Assembly: GCA_965237635.1 (NCBI GenBank) | Contig: CBDEFX010000002.1 | Location: forward strand, 1,874,554-1,938,553 | Source: Dehalococcoidia bacterium | Lineage (GTDB): Bacteria; Chloroflexota; Dehalococcoidia; Lucifugimonadales; CAUZJF01 | Direction: 5' to 3' | DNA: 64,000 nucleotides | In this document: positions 18,125 to 28,618 of the stretch, piece after piece | Numbering within the stretch: the stretch's first letter is position 1 | Layout of the letters: every line of letters begins with the position of its first letter | Made by a program: the position numbers and the translations under genes | The notes under the pieces: generated by a model | Seen by the model: only the letters and a program-made list of their open reading frames with translations | Told to the model about the DNA's origin: nothing | Database searches by the model: none

Positions 18125-20412
18125 CTATCGGCCTCCGAAGACCCCTGCCTCTCGATTGCCTGGTCTATCTGCCTCTCGAGCCCGGCGAAGTGCGGGGCCG
18201 CCGTCGGGCTCTTTTCGAGGTATGCGTCGATCTCCCTTTGGGCAGCCTCAAAGTCTTGCTCCAGCACATGCTGCCTCACAACCATTTGGACGACCTCTAT
18301 CCGCTCGGGTGCCAGCCGAGCGGCCACTTCCACGAGCTCTCCCGCCCGCTCCAGGAGGGAAGGGTCGGCTGGGGCAGCCCTCTGGTAGAGGGCTGCCAAT
18401 GGGAGGTAGATACGCCATTCCTCGGGCTCACCCCGGCGGGCGTTCTCGCCCTCCCGGGCAGCAGCGGCCAAGCCCGCCTCTGCATCTTGCGCACTCAGCC
18501 TGCCCCATTCCCCAGTAAGCTGGTTGAACATGATGATACGGAGATAGTTCGCGAGCGCTGGGAAGGCCCCGATAGCCTCGTCGAAAATCTCCCGCTTTTC
18601 CTGTGCCGAGGCCGAAGGGTTGAGACTCCCCAGCACCGTCGATGCGCCACGGTAAGGGCCATAGTTCGCGAAGTAGACCGCAAGTGAAACGACGACTCCA
18701 ACCACAACGAGGGCGCCTACGGTAGACGCGTCCGATCTGAGTACTCTTGAGTGCCAGAGTCCGGTCCCGTCGTCCGCCGGCTCCGCATCTTCTCGGTCCT
18801 TGTCTGCTCCGTCTCGTGCCCTGCGACTAATATCGACGTAGACGACGAACCCCAAAAGCACATAGAACTGCCCAACCGTTCCAGGCGTGTCAAACAAGAA
18901 CAGGTTCTGGACAAAGTAGCCCGTGAGAGCCGCTCCGGCGGCGAGGGTAAAGAACTGGTCTTGCAGGCCCTGCCTCCTAACCGTGCGGGCTACGATCCAC
19001 AACATATACAGCCAGACGGCCATGTAGCCGGCGAAGCCGAGGATACCTTTTGTCGTCAGCTCCTCGATGAGCTTGTTGTGGGCCTGGTCGAACGAGGTCA
19101 CGCCGGCGGCAATGATCTCAGCCGTGACGTGTCGGTCGTAGGCGATGGTGAAGTTCTCGGGCCCCCAACCCAGGATAGGCCGGGCGGCGAATCCCTCGAG
19201 ACCTACCAGAGCCGAGTCGATACGACCCATCAAGCTGGCATCGTCAATTCCAGTATTCGCGAGCCTGAGTAGCATTACGTTGGACTCAGCTATTTTTTCG
19301 AAGGCCGTGGTGGTGCGGACCGAGAGAAATAGCAGCGTCAGGCCCAACACAGTGCCAATAAGTACGAAGGAGGCAAGCCTCAGGCGCCTATCCAGTCCCC
19401 ACAGCAGATATCCAGCTGCGAATGCCATCAACCCGCCCGCTAGGCCGACGACGGCACCCCTGGTACCGCTCATGAATAGTATGGCGCCCCCAAGTACAAC
19501 TGCTGTCATCCAAAAAACACGCCACCATGAGAGCCTCTGGCGCTCGGAGATCAGGTAGCTCGTTCCAAAAGCCGCCAATATGGTTACTAGACTTATGAAG
19601 GCGACGCGAGTGAGCTCCGAGCCGGCGCCTACTAGAAACAGCGTGACGGCACTTAGCAGGATGACTATCACCCAACTGGCCCCCCACCAGAATTCCGAAA
19701 AGACTATTTCCGGACCGGCCTCTCGGCGCCTCGTCCGCTTCCGACGTCGCTGCCGCCGAGGCGCGGGTGGCCGTGAAACCGGACGCAGGTACGAGTGGCC
19801 CAGGAAGCCAAGCGCGATAATGATGTTGACCAGCATGTACGCTCCTACGTACGTGGGGTTGCCGAGGGTGATGTCCAGTCGCGGCGTCGCCTTAAGGAAG
19901 TCCAGGACACCGACCTCGAAGTGCTGGCTAAGGCCCAACAGGCCCAATAGGATACTCGCAAAGAGGTTGAGGCTCAACAGCCACCGCCAGTCGCCCCAAC
20001 TCCTAAAGACCGATGTCAAGACCCAGATGAACAGGAACCAATGGGCGGTGTCGACGAACCCCTGCATTCGCTCATAAGTGGACCAGAGGCTGCGCTGCGG
20101 ACTGACACCGGCGACCGAGGCCAGCAGCACGATGAAAACGTACGCCGCAAATATCGCCAGCATCCAAGACCGAGGGAGGCGAGACGAGGGGTCTCTGAGA
20201 GCCAACACGACCCACAAGCCAAACGCTATCTCGATGAGAGTTCGAACGTACAGCGCTTTGCCCACGATGAAAGGAAAAAACGTATTCGGTAGCGGGGGCG
20301 CCATCACGATAAGAGGCGCCAAGAGGACGAGGGCCAACACCACTTTGATGGTGATCAACAGGACCCTATCCATCTCGCTCGAAGCCGTGGCAGAGTTCAT
20401 AGAGATTCCCAC
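18121..20412 (-). CDS. Polytopic membrane protein with a Wzy_C (O-antigen ligase/polymerase-like) domain and a soluble helical C-terminus
   Basis: 763 aa with many hydrophobic helices. A Wzy_C-like stretch reads LFMSGTRGAVVGLAGGLMAF, and the C-terminal ~200 aa are helical/TPR-like. The stop overlaps the manC start by 4 nt. Confidence 0.6.
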   Translation of the reverse strand: MGISMNSATASSEMDRVLLITIKVVLALVLLAPLIVMAPPLPNTFFPFIVGKALYVRTLIEIAFGLWVVLALRDPSSRLPRSWMLAIFAAYVFIVLLASVAGVSPQRSLWSTYERMQGFVDTAHWFLFIWVLTSVFRSWGDWRWLLSLNLFASILLGLLGLSQHFEVGVLDFLKATPRLDITLGNPTYVGAYMLVNIIIALGFLGHSYLRPVSRPPAPRRQRRRKRTRRREAGPEIVFSEFWWGASWVIVILLSAVTLFLVGAGSELTRVAFISLVTILAAFGTSYLISERQRLSWWRVFWMTAVVLGGAILFMSGTRGAVVGLAGGLMAFAAGYLLWGLDRRLRLASFVLIGTVLGLTLLFLSVRTTTAFEKIAESNVMLLRLANTGIDDASLMGRIDSALVGLEGFAARPILGWGPENFTIAYDRHVTAEIIAAGVTSFDQAHNKLIEELTTKGILGFAGYMAVWLYMLWIVARTVRRQGLQDQFFTLAAGAALTGYFVQNLFLFDTPGTVGQFYVLLGFVVYVDISRRARDGADKDREDAEPADDGTGLWHSRVLRSDASTVGALVVVGVVVSLAVYFANYGPYRGASTVLGSLNPSASAQEKREIFDEAIGAFPALANYLRIIMFNQLTGEWGRLSAQDAEAGLAAAAREGENARRGEPEEWRIYLPLAALYQRAAPADPSLLERAGELVEVAARLAPERIEVVQMVVRQHVLEQDFEAAQREIDAYLEKSPTAAPHFAGLERQIDQAIERQGSSEADR

Positions 20413-20476
20413 GTCCTGCGGTACTGGTCCGTGAGTTTAAACGATTCTAGACGACATACCTTACTGTCTACCATCT

Positions 20477-21394
20477 CTATAGTTGTGCTTTCATCCAGGC
20501 CAGTGTATCGCGCAGCCCGCGGTCAAGCGGGGTCTTCGGGGTCCAACCTAGCTCGCGCTTCGCTTTGGAGTTAGCCAGGACGACGTGCTTGATGTCGCCA
20601 GGCCGCTCCGGCTCGTGCTTCGGCGGTAGTGAGTAACCGGCCTTGCTGGCCATTACGCGGAACAGCTCGTTGACAGACGTTGCGACCCCTGAGCCGATGT
20701 TCACCGTGACAGGCTTGGAGGCCTCTTGGGCGAGCTCGTGAGCCCGGGCTACGTCGGGGGCATATACGAAGTCTCGTGTCTGCTCACCGTCTCCAAACAC
20801 TATTGCCTCTTCCCCGTGCAACATTCGCCCGGCAAATATCGCGACTACCCCGGCTTCCCCTTCGGGGTCCTGCCGGGATCCGTACACGTTCGCAAGCCGC
20901 AAGACCTTGAGTTGCATCGACGCGGGAAGTAGGATTCGCAGGTAGGACTCCAACGTCCATTTGCTCAGCCCGTAGGCGCTGATAGGCCGTATCGGGTGGT
21001 CCTCATCGCACGGCAGATAGTCCGGATCGCCGTAGAGCGCGCCCCCGGTCGTGATATAGATGAACTGGGCACATTGAGACCTTATGGCCGCCTGACAAAC
21101 GTTGATTCCGCCAATGATGTTGGTCGAAGCGTCCAGAACTGGCTGCGCCATCGATGTGGGTACTAAGGCCTGAGCGGCGCAATGCGTCACTACATCGGGA
21201 CGAAAAGACGAGACGAAGTCCACCAGTGGGCTGTCACTTATGTCAAGCTCCTCCACCCGCACCTCGCTCGGCAGGTTAGCCTGCCTGCCCGTAGACATAT
21301 CGTCGACAACGAGCACATCGTCGCCGCGGGCCACCAGCCGGTCGACGATGTGAGAACCGACGAACCCCGCCCCACCGGTCACGAGTACTCGCAT
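20477..21394 (-). CDS. NAD-dependent sugar epimerase (GalE-like extended SDR)
   Basis: 305 aa. VLVTGGAGFVGSH is the Rossmann motif and YGLSK is the catalytic YxxxK. Confidence 0.8.
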   Translation of the reverse strand: MRVLVTGGAGFVGSHIVDRLVARGDDVLVVDDMSTGRQANLPSEVRVEELDISDSPLVDFVSSFRPDVVTHCAAQALVPTSMAQPVLDASTNIIGGINVCQAAIRSQCAQFIYITTGGALYGDPDYLPCDEDHPIRPISAYGLSKWTLESYLRILLPASMQLKVLRLANVYGSRQDPEGEAGVVAIFAGRMLHGEEAIVFGDGEQTRDFVYAPDVARAHELAQEASKPVTVNIGSGVATSVNELFRVMASKAGYSLPPKHEPERPGDIKHVVLANSKAKRELGWTPKTPLDRGLRDTLAWMKAQL

Positions 21395-21557
21395 TGCTCC
21401 TCCTTCAACAGCAACTCATCACATAATCAATACGATACAATCGAAGCGGCTCGACAAGTATATGTGCCTGCGGCCCTCGAATCAACGACACCGCAGGCAG
21501 TCGTTGCGCATGCGACTACGATTCAATAACATGGTCTGACCCTGTACGAGGTGGGCG

Positions 21558-23003
21558 GTGAAGGATCAGAAGGACCTGATCAGAGAGATGAAAGCCGTCG
21601 TCGGCGACATGTACGTCGTCCACGAACCAGAGGACCTGATCGTGTTCGAGCAAGACGGGTCTGTGGACAGAGGAATGCCGCTGGCGGTAGTCTTACCCGG
21701 CTCCTCCGAGGAGGTATCGGAGGTCGTCAGGGCCGCCCATTTGCGTGACCTACCGATCGTCGCCAGGGGCGCGGGGACGGGTCTCAGCGGCGGCGCGATC
21801 GCTGAACGTGGCGGTATCGTGATCGCGCTAACCCGCATGACGAGTATCCTGGAAATCGATCCCGAGAACAGACTCGCCGTCGTAGAGCCAGGCGTCGTAA
21901 ACATCGACCTCACCCACGAGGCCGACAAGCACGGCCTCTACTTCGCGCCGGACCCGTCGAGCCAGAAGGTCTGCACGATTGGCGGGAACGTCGCCGAGAA
22001 CTCGGGCGGGCCGCACTGCTTGGCCTACGGAGTGACGACCAACCACGTGCTCGGCATGGAGGTCGTGCTGGCGGACGGGTCGACGCAGTGGTTTGGAGGC
22101 AGGACGCAAGAGTACGCTGGCTACGACCTTCGCGGCATCCTGATCGGCTCCGAAGGCACGCTTGGCATAGCGACCAAGGTCGTAGTGCGACTCCTCCGGC
22201 AGCCGGAGGCCGTGAAGACACTTCTGGCAGTCTTCGGACGCCTTGACCAGGCCAGTGCTGCCGTGTCCGGAATAATTGCAGCCGGTATCGTTCCCGCCGC
22301 TTTGGAGATGATGGACCAGCTATGTATTGAGGCCGTCGAGCCTGCCGTCAACGCAGGTTATCCTTCAGGGGCGGGCGCTGTCCTGCTGGTCGAGGTCGAC
22401 GGTCTCGAGGAGGCGGTCGAGGAGGAGGCCTCAGAGATCGAACGCATCTGCGAAGGGTACGAACCCCTGGAGATAAGGACTGCTGCCGACGCGGACGAGA
22501 GAGAGCGTCTGTGGGCGGGTCGAAAGGGAGTGCTGGGAGCGCTCGGGCGGCTGGCGCCTAACTACTACCTGGTCGATGGCACGATTCCCAGGACCAAGCT
22601 GATGGAGGTCCTTACCAAGATCACAGATATCTCCGATAAGTTCGGCCTGCCCATCGCGAACCTGCTCCACGCGGGTGATGGCAACCTCCACCCCTCCGTC
22701 CTCTTCGACGAGCGCAAGCCTGACGAGACGCGGCGTGCCCTGGAGGCTGGAGGCGAGATCCTGAGGCTATGTGTCGAGTCGGGGGGCGTGCTGTCTGGGG
22801 AGCACGGGATCGGCCTGGAGAAACAGGAGTACATGCCTCTGATGTTCACCGACGACGACATGGAGGCGATGGCCAGGCTGCTCCCTGCCTTTGGCACGGG
22901 CAGCAGGCTCAACCCAGGCAAGATATTTCCGACCGGCTCGGCCCAAGCGCAGGTCCGGCACTCGATCGCGGTCGCAAACACCGGCGCGGGCGCCTACATA
23001 TAG
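21558..23003 (+). CDS. glcD: Glycolate oxidase subunit GlcD (FAD-linked oxidase)
   Basis: 481 aa with a GTG start. The FAD-binding PCMH pattern PIVARGAGTGLSGGA is present, and glcE and glcF lie downstream. Confidence 0.85.
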   Translation: MKDQKDLIREMKAVVGDMYVVHEPEDLIVFEQDGSVDRGMPLAVVLPGSSEEVSEVVRAAHLRDLPIVARGAGTGLSGGAIAERGGIVIALTRMTSILEIDPENRLAVVEPGVVNIDLTHEADKHGLYFAPDPSSQKVCTIGGNVAENSGGPHCLAYGVTTNHVLGMEVVLADGSTQWFGGRTQEYAGYDLRGILIGSEGTLGIATKVVVRLLRQPEAVKTLLAVFGRLDQASAAVSGIIAAGIVPAALEMMDQLCIEAVEPAVNAGYPSGAGAVLLVEVDGLEEAVEEEASEIERICEGYEPLEIRTAADADERERLWAGRKGVLGALGRLAPNYYLVDGTIPRTKLMEVLTKITDISDKFGLPIANLLHAGDGNLHPSVLFDERKPDETRRALEAGGEILRLCVESGGVLSGEHGIGLEKQEYMPLMFTDDDMEAMARLLPAFGTGSRLNPGKIFPTGSAQAQVRHSIAVANTGAGAYI

Positions 23004-23009
23004 GCGTCC

Positions 23010-23504
23010 GTGATGAACAATCAACTGGACACAAGAGAGGCAGTGAAGCAGCGGATAGAGACGCTCCGTCGCCAAGGGGTCTGCTATCAGTGCCGCGATC
23101 TGGCCAACGGCGACGTCTTCGGTGAGCAGGTGACTGTCGTTGAGGATGACCGCTTCAAGGTACTGCTGGACTCCTACCCACGGATGCCCGGCCATACGAT
23201 CGTGGTCCTCAAGCGACACCGTGAGGACATCTCAGAGATGGCGGTCGATGAGACCGCAGCGCTCTTCCAGCTCTGCGTGCGAGTGGTCAACGCCATCAAA
23301 GAGGGGCTGATGGCTGAGAAGGTCTACCTGAACACCATGTGTGACGGGGGCATCAACCATTTGCATGTTCAGCTATTTCCCAGGTACGCCGGCGATCCGA
23401 TCGGCTCGAAGCGATTTGTCAGCCCGCGTCGCCCCCTGAACGACGGCGAAGCCACGGCGAGCCGGATTCGTGTCGCGCTCCGAGACTTGAAAGCCATCCC
23501 ATGA
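23010..23504 (+). CDS. HIT-family (histidine triad) protein
   Basis: 164 aa. PRMPGHTIVVLKRH and the triad NHLHVQLFPR are present. It is nested between glcD and glcE, 6 nt after the glcD stop, and overlaps the glcE start by 4 nt. Confidence 0.8.
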   Translation: MMNNQLDTREAVKQRIETLRRQGVCYQCRDLANGDVFGEQVTVVEDDRFKVLLDSYPRMPGHTIVVLKRHREDISEMAVDETAALFQLCVRVVNAIKEGLMAEKVYLNTMCDGGINHLHVQLFPRYAGDPIGSKRFVSPRRPLNDGEATASRIRVALRDLKAIP

Positions 23505-24832
23505 CTCCGGCCACTACAGGCGGGTTGACAGACACCGGAGCCAGGGTCTCCACAGGTGATGACACTGCCGGCCATGAGGTCGAGGGCGTGCGTCCTCAGG
23601 CTGTGGCATACCCGGAGGACCTTTCGCAACTGGGCCAGGTGCTGCAAGCAGCTAGCCAGAGCGATCTGGCCCTGACGCCATGGGGAGGTGGAACTCAGAC
23701 ATCCCTCGGCAACGCCCTTGAACGCCTGGACGCGGTGGTGGATCTGTCCCGCTTGGACCGCATCGTCGGACACAACCCGGCCGACCTGACGGCGACCGTC
23801 CAGGCGGGTATCACGGTCAGCAAGCTCCAGGAGGTCCTCCACGAGCATGGGCAGTTTCTGGCGCTCGACCCTCCCCTGCCCGACCGAGCGACGGTCGGCG
23901 GGTCGCTGGCGACGGCCGTAAGTGGACCGGTGAAGTGGCAGTACGGCAGCCCCAGGGACACGGTCATCGGGATGAAGGTGGCCCAGGCCGATGGCAAGCT
24001 CACGAAGAGCGGCGGCCAGGTGGTCAAGAACGTCAGCGGGTATGACATATCTCGGCTGCACGTCGGCGGACTGGGCACGCTCGGCATTATCGCCGAGGTC
24101 TCACTCAAATTGACCCCGTTGCCGGTTGCTCAGAAGACGATATTGGCGGCGTTCAGCACGACCCGCCAGTGCCTAGAGGCAGGCCTAGGTATCTTCCAAA
24201 GCGGCATCGTTCCCCTGGCGCTGACGGCATTCGACGGCAGGGCCAACGGCCGAATGGAGGCCGTAGACTTGAGTGTCGGCTGCCTTCTCGCCGTCCGACT
24301 TGGGGGCCGACCTCTCTACCTCGACCGCCAGGGGCGGGAATGCGAAACGATATGCAAGCAGCACGGCTCATCGACGGTCGAAGCACTTGCCGAGGAAGAC
24401 GCGGGAAGAGTCTGGCGGCGACTGGCCGATTTCGGATGGGACGGCGATACGACGCCGGTGATTGGGGCCCGCATCCTGGTCCCGCCGTCTGCGGTCAAGG
24501 AGGTAGTCGAGTTCGTCGAGAAGGCCGACCACACGGCTCGGCTCGAGCCTGCTATCGTCTCCCATCCGGCCCACGGCACGGTGTTGGTGGGCTGGTTCGC
24601 CGGTGGTGAGTCACCGACCGCGGACGGGGCGACCGGCATGCTGCGCCTCACCCGCGAGGCCGTTCATCGGTCAGGTGGAAAGATGGTCATCGAGCGGTGC
24701 CCGCCCGAGGTCAAGTCAGGCTTCGACGTGTGGGACGACGTTGGAGAGTCGATATCCATAATGCGACGTCTCAAGGAGCAGTACGACCCAAAGCGGATCG
24801 TGAACCCGGGCCGCTTCGTGGGAGGTATCTGA
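23501..24832 (+). CDS. glcE: Glycolate oxidase FAD-binding subunit GlcE
   Basis: 443 aa. FAD-binding domain motifs LTPWGGGTQ and VKNVSGYD are present. It is positioned between glcD and glcF. Confidence 0.8.
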   Translation: MTPATTGGLTDTGARVSTGDDTAGHEVEGVRPQAVAYPEDLSQLGQVLQAASQSDLALTPWGGGTQTSLGNALERLDAVVDLSRLDRIVGHNPADLTATVQAGITVSKLQEVLHEHGQFLALDPPLPDRATVGGSLATAVSGPVKWQYGSPRDTVIGMKVAQADGKLTKSGGQVVKNVSGYDISRLHVGGLGTLGIIAEVSLKLTPLPVAQKTILAAFSTTRQCLEAGLGIFQSGIVPLALTAFDGRANGRMEAVDLSVGCLLAVRLGGRPLYLDRQGRECETICKQHGSSTVEALAEEDAGRVWRRLADFGWDGDTTPVIGARILVPPSAVKEVVEFVEKADHTARLEPAIVSHPAHGTVLVGWFAGGESPTADGATGMLRLTREAVHRSGGKMVIERCPPEVKSGFDVWDDVGESISIMRRLKEQYDPKRIVNPGRFVGGI

Positions 24833-26145
24833 TGGCAGTGCCCGCCCCTACTGCACCCAAAGGCCTGTTTTCAGGTCCGGACGCGCCCACCGAAAAGGAC
24901 CTGTACAAGTGTGTGCACTGCGGGTTCTGCCTTCAGGCCTGTCCGACATACCTGGAAACAGGGCTGGAGACCGAGTCGCCGAGGGGCAGGATCGCCCTAA
25001 TGAAGGCGGTCAACGAGGGCCGCATAGGAATGACGCCCGCCGTCTTCAAGCACTGGGACCGGTGTATCCAGTGTCGCTCCTGTGAGCCGGTCTGCCCGTC
25101 GGGGGTCCCCTACGGAAAGCTGATAGAGGCCACCAACGCCCAGGTCGAGCGACGCCGGAAGCCGGGACTGCTGCACAGGCTGCTGGCCTGGTTCTTGCTT
25201 AAGAAGGTCGTCCCCAATCAGAGCAGACTCAGGCTGCTTGTGAGCGGCCTTGGGATCTACCAACGCTCGGGTCTTCAGTATGCTGTCAGACGGTCGGGAA
25301 TTTTGAGGCTGATCTCTCGTCGACTAGCATCTCTGGAGAGTGCCTCTCCTTCGATTCCAGAAACCTACTTCTGGGCGTACGGGCAAGTAATCTCGCCGGC
25401 CGGCGCTCGGCGGGCGCGTGTCGCGCTCCTGTCCGGGTGCATCATGCCGCTGGTGAATGGGATCGAAATGGAGGCCGTGACTCGGGTACTCGCTCGCAAC
25501 GGCTGCGAGGTGGTCGTGCCAAAGGCGCAGGGCTGCTGCGGTGCCATCCACTCGCACTCCGGTGACCTGGACGTTGCGCGCGACCTGGCAAGGCGCAATA
25601 TCGACGCATTCCTGGAGAGCGACGTGGGCGCCGTCGTAGTAGCCTCGGCCGGCTGCGGGGTGCGCATGAAGGAGTATGGCGAGCTCCTGAGGAACGACAC
25701 GGACTATCATGACAAAGCCGTGAAGCTCAGCGCGATGGTCAAAGACATCCACGAGTTCCTGGTGGAGCTGCCATTCACCCCGCCTCGTGGCCACCTCGGC
25801 TACCGCGTAACCTATCAGGATCCGTGCCACCTGGCGCAGGCACAACGCATTACGGAGGCGCCCCGGGCCCTGCTTCGCTCCATACCGGGCGTCGAGTTCG
25901 TGGAGATGGACAACTCGTCCAGCTGCTGTGGTGCGGGCGGGATATACAGCATCACTCAGAGGGAGCTCTCGCTTAAGATGCTGGACACAAAGATGCGGGC
26001 TGTGGTCGACACCTGTGCATGGGTGGTCGCGACCGCAAACCCCGGATGCTACATACAACTGCTGCAAGGGGCCCAGCAGGCATCGCTACCCATCCGGGTG
26101 CGCTACGTCACGGACCTGCTGGACGAGGCCTACCGGGCTGAATGA
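24832..26145 (+). CDS. glcF: Glycolate oxidase iron-sulfur subunit GlcF
   Basis: The start was moved to the ATG at 24832, which overlaps the glcE TGA by 1 nt. The product begins MAVPAPTAPKG. Two 4Fe-4S motifs (CVHCGFCLQACP, CIQCRSCEPVCP) are followed by CCG-type Cys-rich repeats. Confidence 0.85.
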   Translation: MAVPAPTAPKGLFSGPDAPTEKDLYKCVHCGFCLQACPTYLETGLETESPRGRIALMKAVNEGRIGMTPAVFKHWDRCIQCRSCEPVCPSGVPYGKLIEATNAQVERRRKPGLLHRLLAWFLLKKVVPNQSRLRLLVSGLGIYQRSGLQYAVRRSGILRLISRRLASLESASPSIPETYFWAYGQVISPAGARRARVALLSGCIMPLVNGIEMEAVTRVLARNGCEVVVPKAQGCCGAIHSHSGDLDVARDLARRNIDAFLESDVGAVVVASAGCGVRMKEYGELLRNDTDYHDKAVKLSAMVKDIHEFLVELPFTPPRGHLGYRVTYQDPCHLAQAQRITEAPRALLRSIPGVEFVEMDNSSSCCGAGGIYSITQRELSLKMLDTKMRAVVDTCAWVVATANPGCYIQLLQGAQQASLPIRVRYVTDLLDEAYRAE

Positions 26146-26716
26146 TGACGCCGAAGGAGGAACTCGAAGGTATCGAGCAAGATCGATCGACTCACCAAGT
26201 CGTCGCTGGTTTGATAAGGCGCGATGACGAGTTTCTACTGCTGCGGCAGCAAGCTCCTGACGCTCCCAAGTCGTTCTGGTTCACGCTGGGCGGCCTCGTC
26301 CAAGACAGAGAGCTGCTGACCGAGGCGCTGGCCCGTGAGGTCCGTGAAGAAACTGGCCTCGAGTCCTCTCGGTCGGTCCGCTGGCCTATGCTGTGCAGTT
26401 CGACAACCGCGCACCTCAGCAGATCCATGAACACAAAGGACCGGGGCCTGGATACCGATCGACGGTGTTCGTATTCGAGATACCGGAATGGCGAGGTGAG
26501 CTGAGTCCAGACGATCCAGACGGCTACGTCTTGGAGGCTCGATTCTTTCAGATTTCTGAGGCGATACACCGACTAGAACAGTTGCCTATTCCAGGGATGC
26601 GTGACCCCGTAGTGGTCTATCTTAAGGGCGAGGCTCGACGGGGCACAACATGGCTCTATCGCCGGCACCCGAACAGTAGCGGAGGGCTGGTCGCGAGGCT
26701 GCCGGGGAGAATCTGA
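26142..26716 (+). pseudogene. NUDIX hydrolase with a frameshift near 26370-26378
   Basis: The Nudix box GGLVQDRELLTEALAREVREETGLE is in frame 0. The domain continues in another frame as GPLAYAVQFDNRAP...TVFVFEIPEWRGEL...YVLEARFFQISEA. The shift maps to the short repeat CGGTCGGT. Confidence 0.65.
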
Positions 26717-26740
26717 TGTGGCTCCCCAGGCGCTCGGATT

Positions 26741-26998
26741 ATGAAGTTCAGAACCACACGTCACCTTGAGCAGAATCTGGTCCGCCGGGCGATCCCACGT
26801 GAACTTCTCGAGGACACGCTGGCCAACCCTCAACAGGTCGTCCCGGCTCACGGTGGACGAAAGGTCTTTCAGTCGCAATTTGACCTCGGAGAAGGTAAGA
26901 TATACTTGCTGCGCGCAATTGTGTCTGAAGTCGGAGAGCAGGCGACGGTTATATCAGTTTATCGGACGAGCAAGATTCGCAAGTATCGGAGAACCTAG
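26741..26998 (+). CDS. DUF4258-family small protein (putative toxin component)
   Basis: 85 aa. Size and pattern (...IPRELLEDTLANPQQV...GKIYLLRAIV...VISVYRTSK) fit DUF4258. The stop overlaps the start of the DUF2283 gene. Confidence 0.55.
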   Translation: MKFRTTRHLEQNLVRRAIPRELLEDTLANPQQVVPAHGGRKVFQSQFDLGEGKIYLLRAIVSEVGEQATVISVYRTSKIRKYRRT

Positions 26999-27195
26999 TG
27001 AGAGTAGTCTACGACCAAGAGGTGGATGTACTGCAGATCCTTCTGAGCGATGCAACCGTGGAGGAGAGCGATGAGGACAAACCCGGTGTCATCATCGACT
27101 ACGACGGACAGGGTAACATCGTAGGTCTTGAGGTGTTGGATGCCTCAAAGCGTATGGAAAATCCAAGAGCTCTGGACTACGCGGTAACTGGCTGA
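26998..27195 (+). CDS. DUF2283-family small protein (putative antitoxin partner)
   Basis: 65 aa. MRVVYDQEVDVLQILL...VIIDYDGQGNIVGLEVLDASKR is the classic DUF2283 pattern. DUF4258/DUF2283 pairs are a recurrent two-gene module. Confidence 0.6.
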   Translation: MRVVYDQEVDVLQILLSDATVEESDEDKPGVIIDYDGQGNIVGLEVLDASKRMENPRALDYAVTG

Positions 27196-27214
27196 GTCGC
27201 CGGCGTTCGAATCC

Positions 27215-28300
27215 TCAAACCCGCCCTGTCTGGCCTCGCTGGCGGAGGGCGTGGTCGACCAGGACGAGCGCCATCATTGCCTCGATGATCGGCACCGCCC
27301 GTGGCACGACGCACGGATCATGGCGGCCTCTGCCCTCCAGCACCGTTGGGTTTCCTTCCTCGTCCACAGTCTCCTGGGGCTGCATGATCGTGGCCGGCGG
27401 CTTGAAGGCTGCCCGGACAACTATGTTCTCTCCGTTGGAGATTCCGCCTTGGATGCCCCCCGAACGGTTCGTGCGGGTCCTTATGTGGCCTTCCTCACTA
27501 TAGAACGGGTCGTTGTGCTCTGAGCCGGTCAGCGCGAGGCCGCCGAACCCCGAACCTACCTCGAAGCCTTTGCATGCAGGCAGCGACAGCATCGCCTTCG
27601 CAAGATCGGCGTCCAGCTTGTCGAAGACCGGCGCTCCGAGGCCAGCAGGTACGTTTCTCGCCACTGCCTCCACGACCCCCCCGAGAGAGTCGCCATCCTT
27701 GCGCGCCTCCTTGATGCGCTCGATCATCTGCACCGCCATTTCCTGGTCCGGGCAACGGACAATGTTGGACTCGACGTCAGCAGCCAAGACGGCTCCAGGG
27801 TCTATCTCTGCTTTGAGCTCCCAGACCTGCTTGACGTACCCCACGATCTCGACACCTTGCTCAAGCGCCAGGACCTTCTTCGCGATTGCCCCCGCGGCAA
27901 CGCGGCCGATCGTCTCCCTGGCGCTAGCTCGTCCCCCACCCTTCCAGTTTCGTATGCCGTACTTGGCCTGGTAGGTGTAGTCGGCATGGGAGGGCCGGAA
28001 CTTCGACCGCATATGCTCGTAGTCCTTTGTGCGGGCATCCTCGTTCCGGACCTCGATGAGGATTGGGCTGCCCAAGGCCAGTCCGTCAAAGACACCCGAC
28101 AGGACCTCGGCCTTGTCGCTCTCTCTTCGCTGGGTCGAGATCTCGCTTTGCCCGGGCCTTCGACGGTCCAAGTCCCTCTGGATATCGGCGATGTCGACCG
28201 GGACCCCTGGTGGGCAGCCATCGACGACCACACCCACGGCGTCCCCGTGGGACTCGCCCCAGGTCGTGACTCGAAACATATGCCCAAACGTGTTACCCAT
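27215..28300 (-). CDS. aroC: Chorismate synthase
   Basis: The start was set at the internal Met (28300), giving [19 protein letters not shown], the canonical AroC N-terminus. GGRASARET is also present. Confidence 0.9.
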   Translation of the reverse strand: MGNTFGHMFRVTTWGESHGDAVGVVVDGCPPGVPVDIADIQRDLDRRRPGQSEISTQRRESDKAEVLSGVFDGLALGSPILIEVRNEDARTKDYEHMRSKFRPSHADYTYQAKYGIRNWKGGGRASARETIGRVAAGAIAKKVLALEQGVEIVGYVKQVWELKAEIDPGAVLAADVESNIVRCPDQEMAVQMIERIKEARKDGDSLGGVVEAVARNVPAGLGAPVFDKLDADLAKAMLSLPACKGFEVGSGFGGLALTGSEHNDPFYSEEGHIRTRTNRSGGIQGGISNGENIVVRAAFKPPATIMQPQETVDEEGNPTVLEGRGRHDPCVVPRAVPIIEAMMALVLVDHALRQRGQTGRV

Positions 28301-28618
28301 CCGCTGCTGCTGACGCTCCCCGGCTGTAAGGCCACTGAGGTGCATATATGCTATCACCTACGCCAACCCTATGGTATGATCGGATGGTCGCTAGTTCCTA
28401 ACCCCAACTACCTTGCAGGAACGGGTCCGGGTTGAACACCTGCGAGTACCTTTCGCCTCAGGCGGATGAGTGTCGCTCGTAGCCCGGGCCCCCTTTTTGC
28501 ACCAAAATTCCGGAGTAAGGCCTTCTGTCAACGAAAGACGCTTCAGCAGCCCTTCTCGCCTGTTCCTCCACCCTGACAGCCCTTGCACCGGCGTTAACCC
28601 AGGCGTACACTGCCTCTT

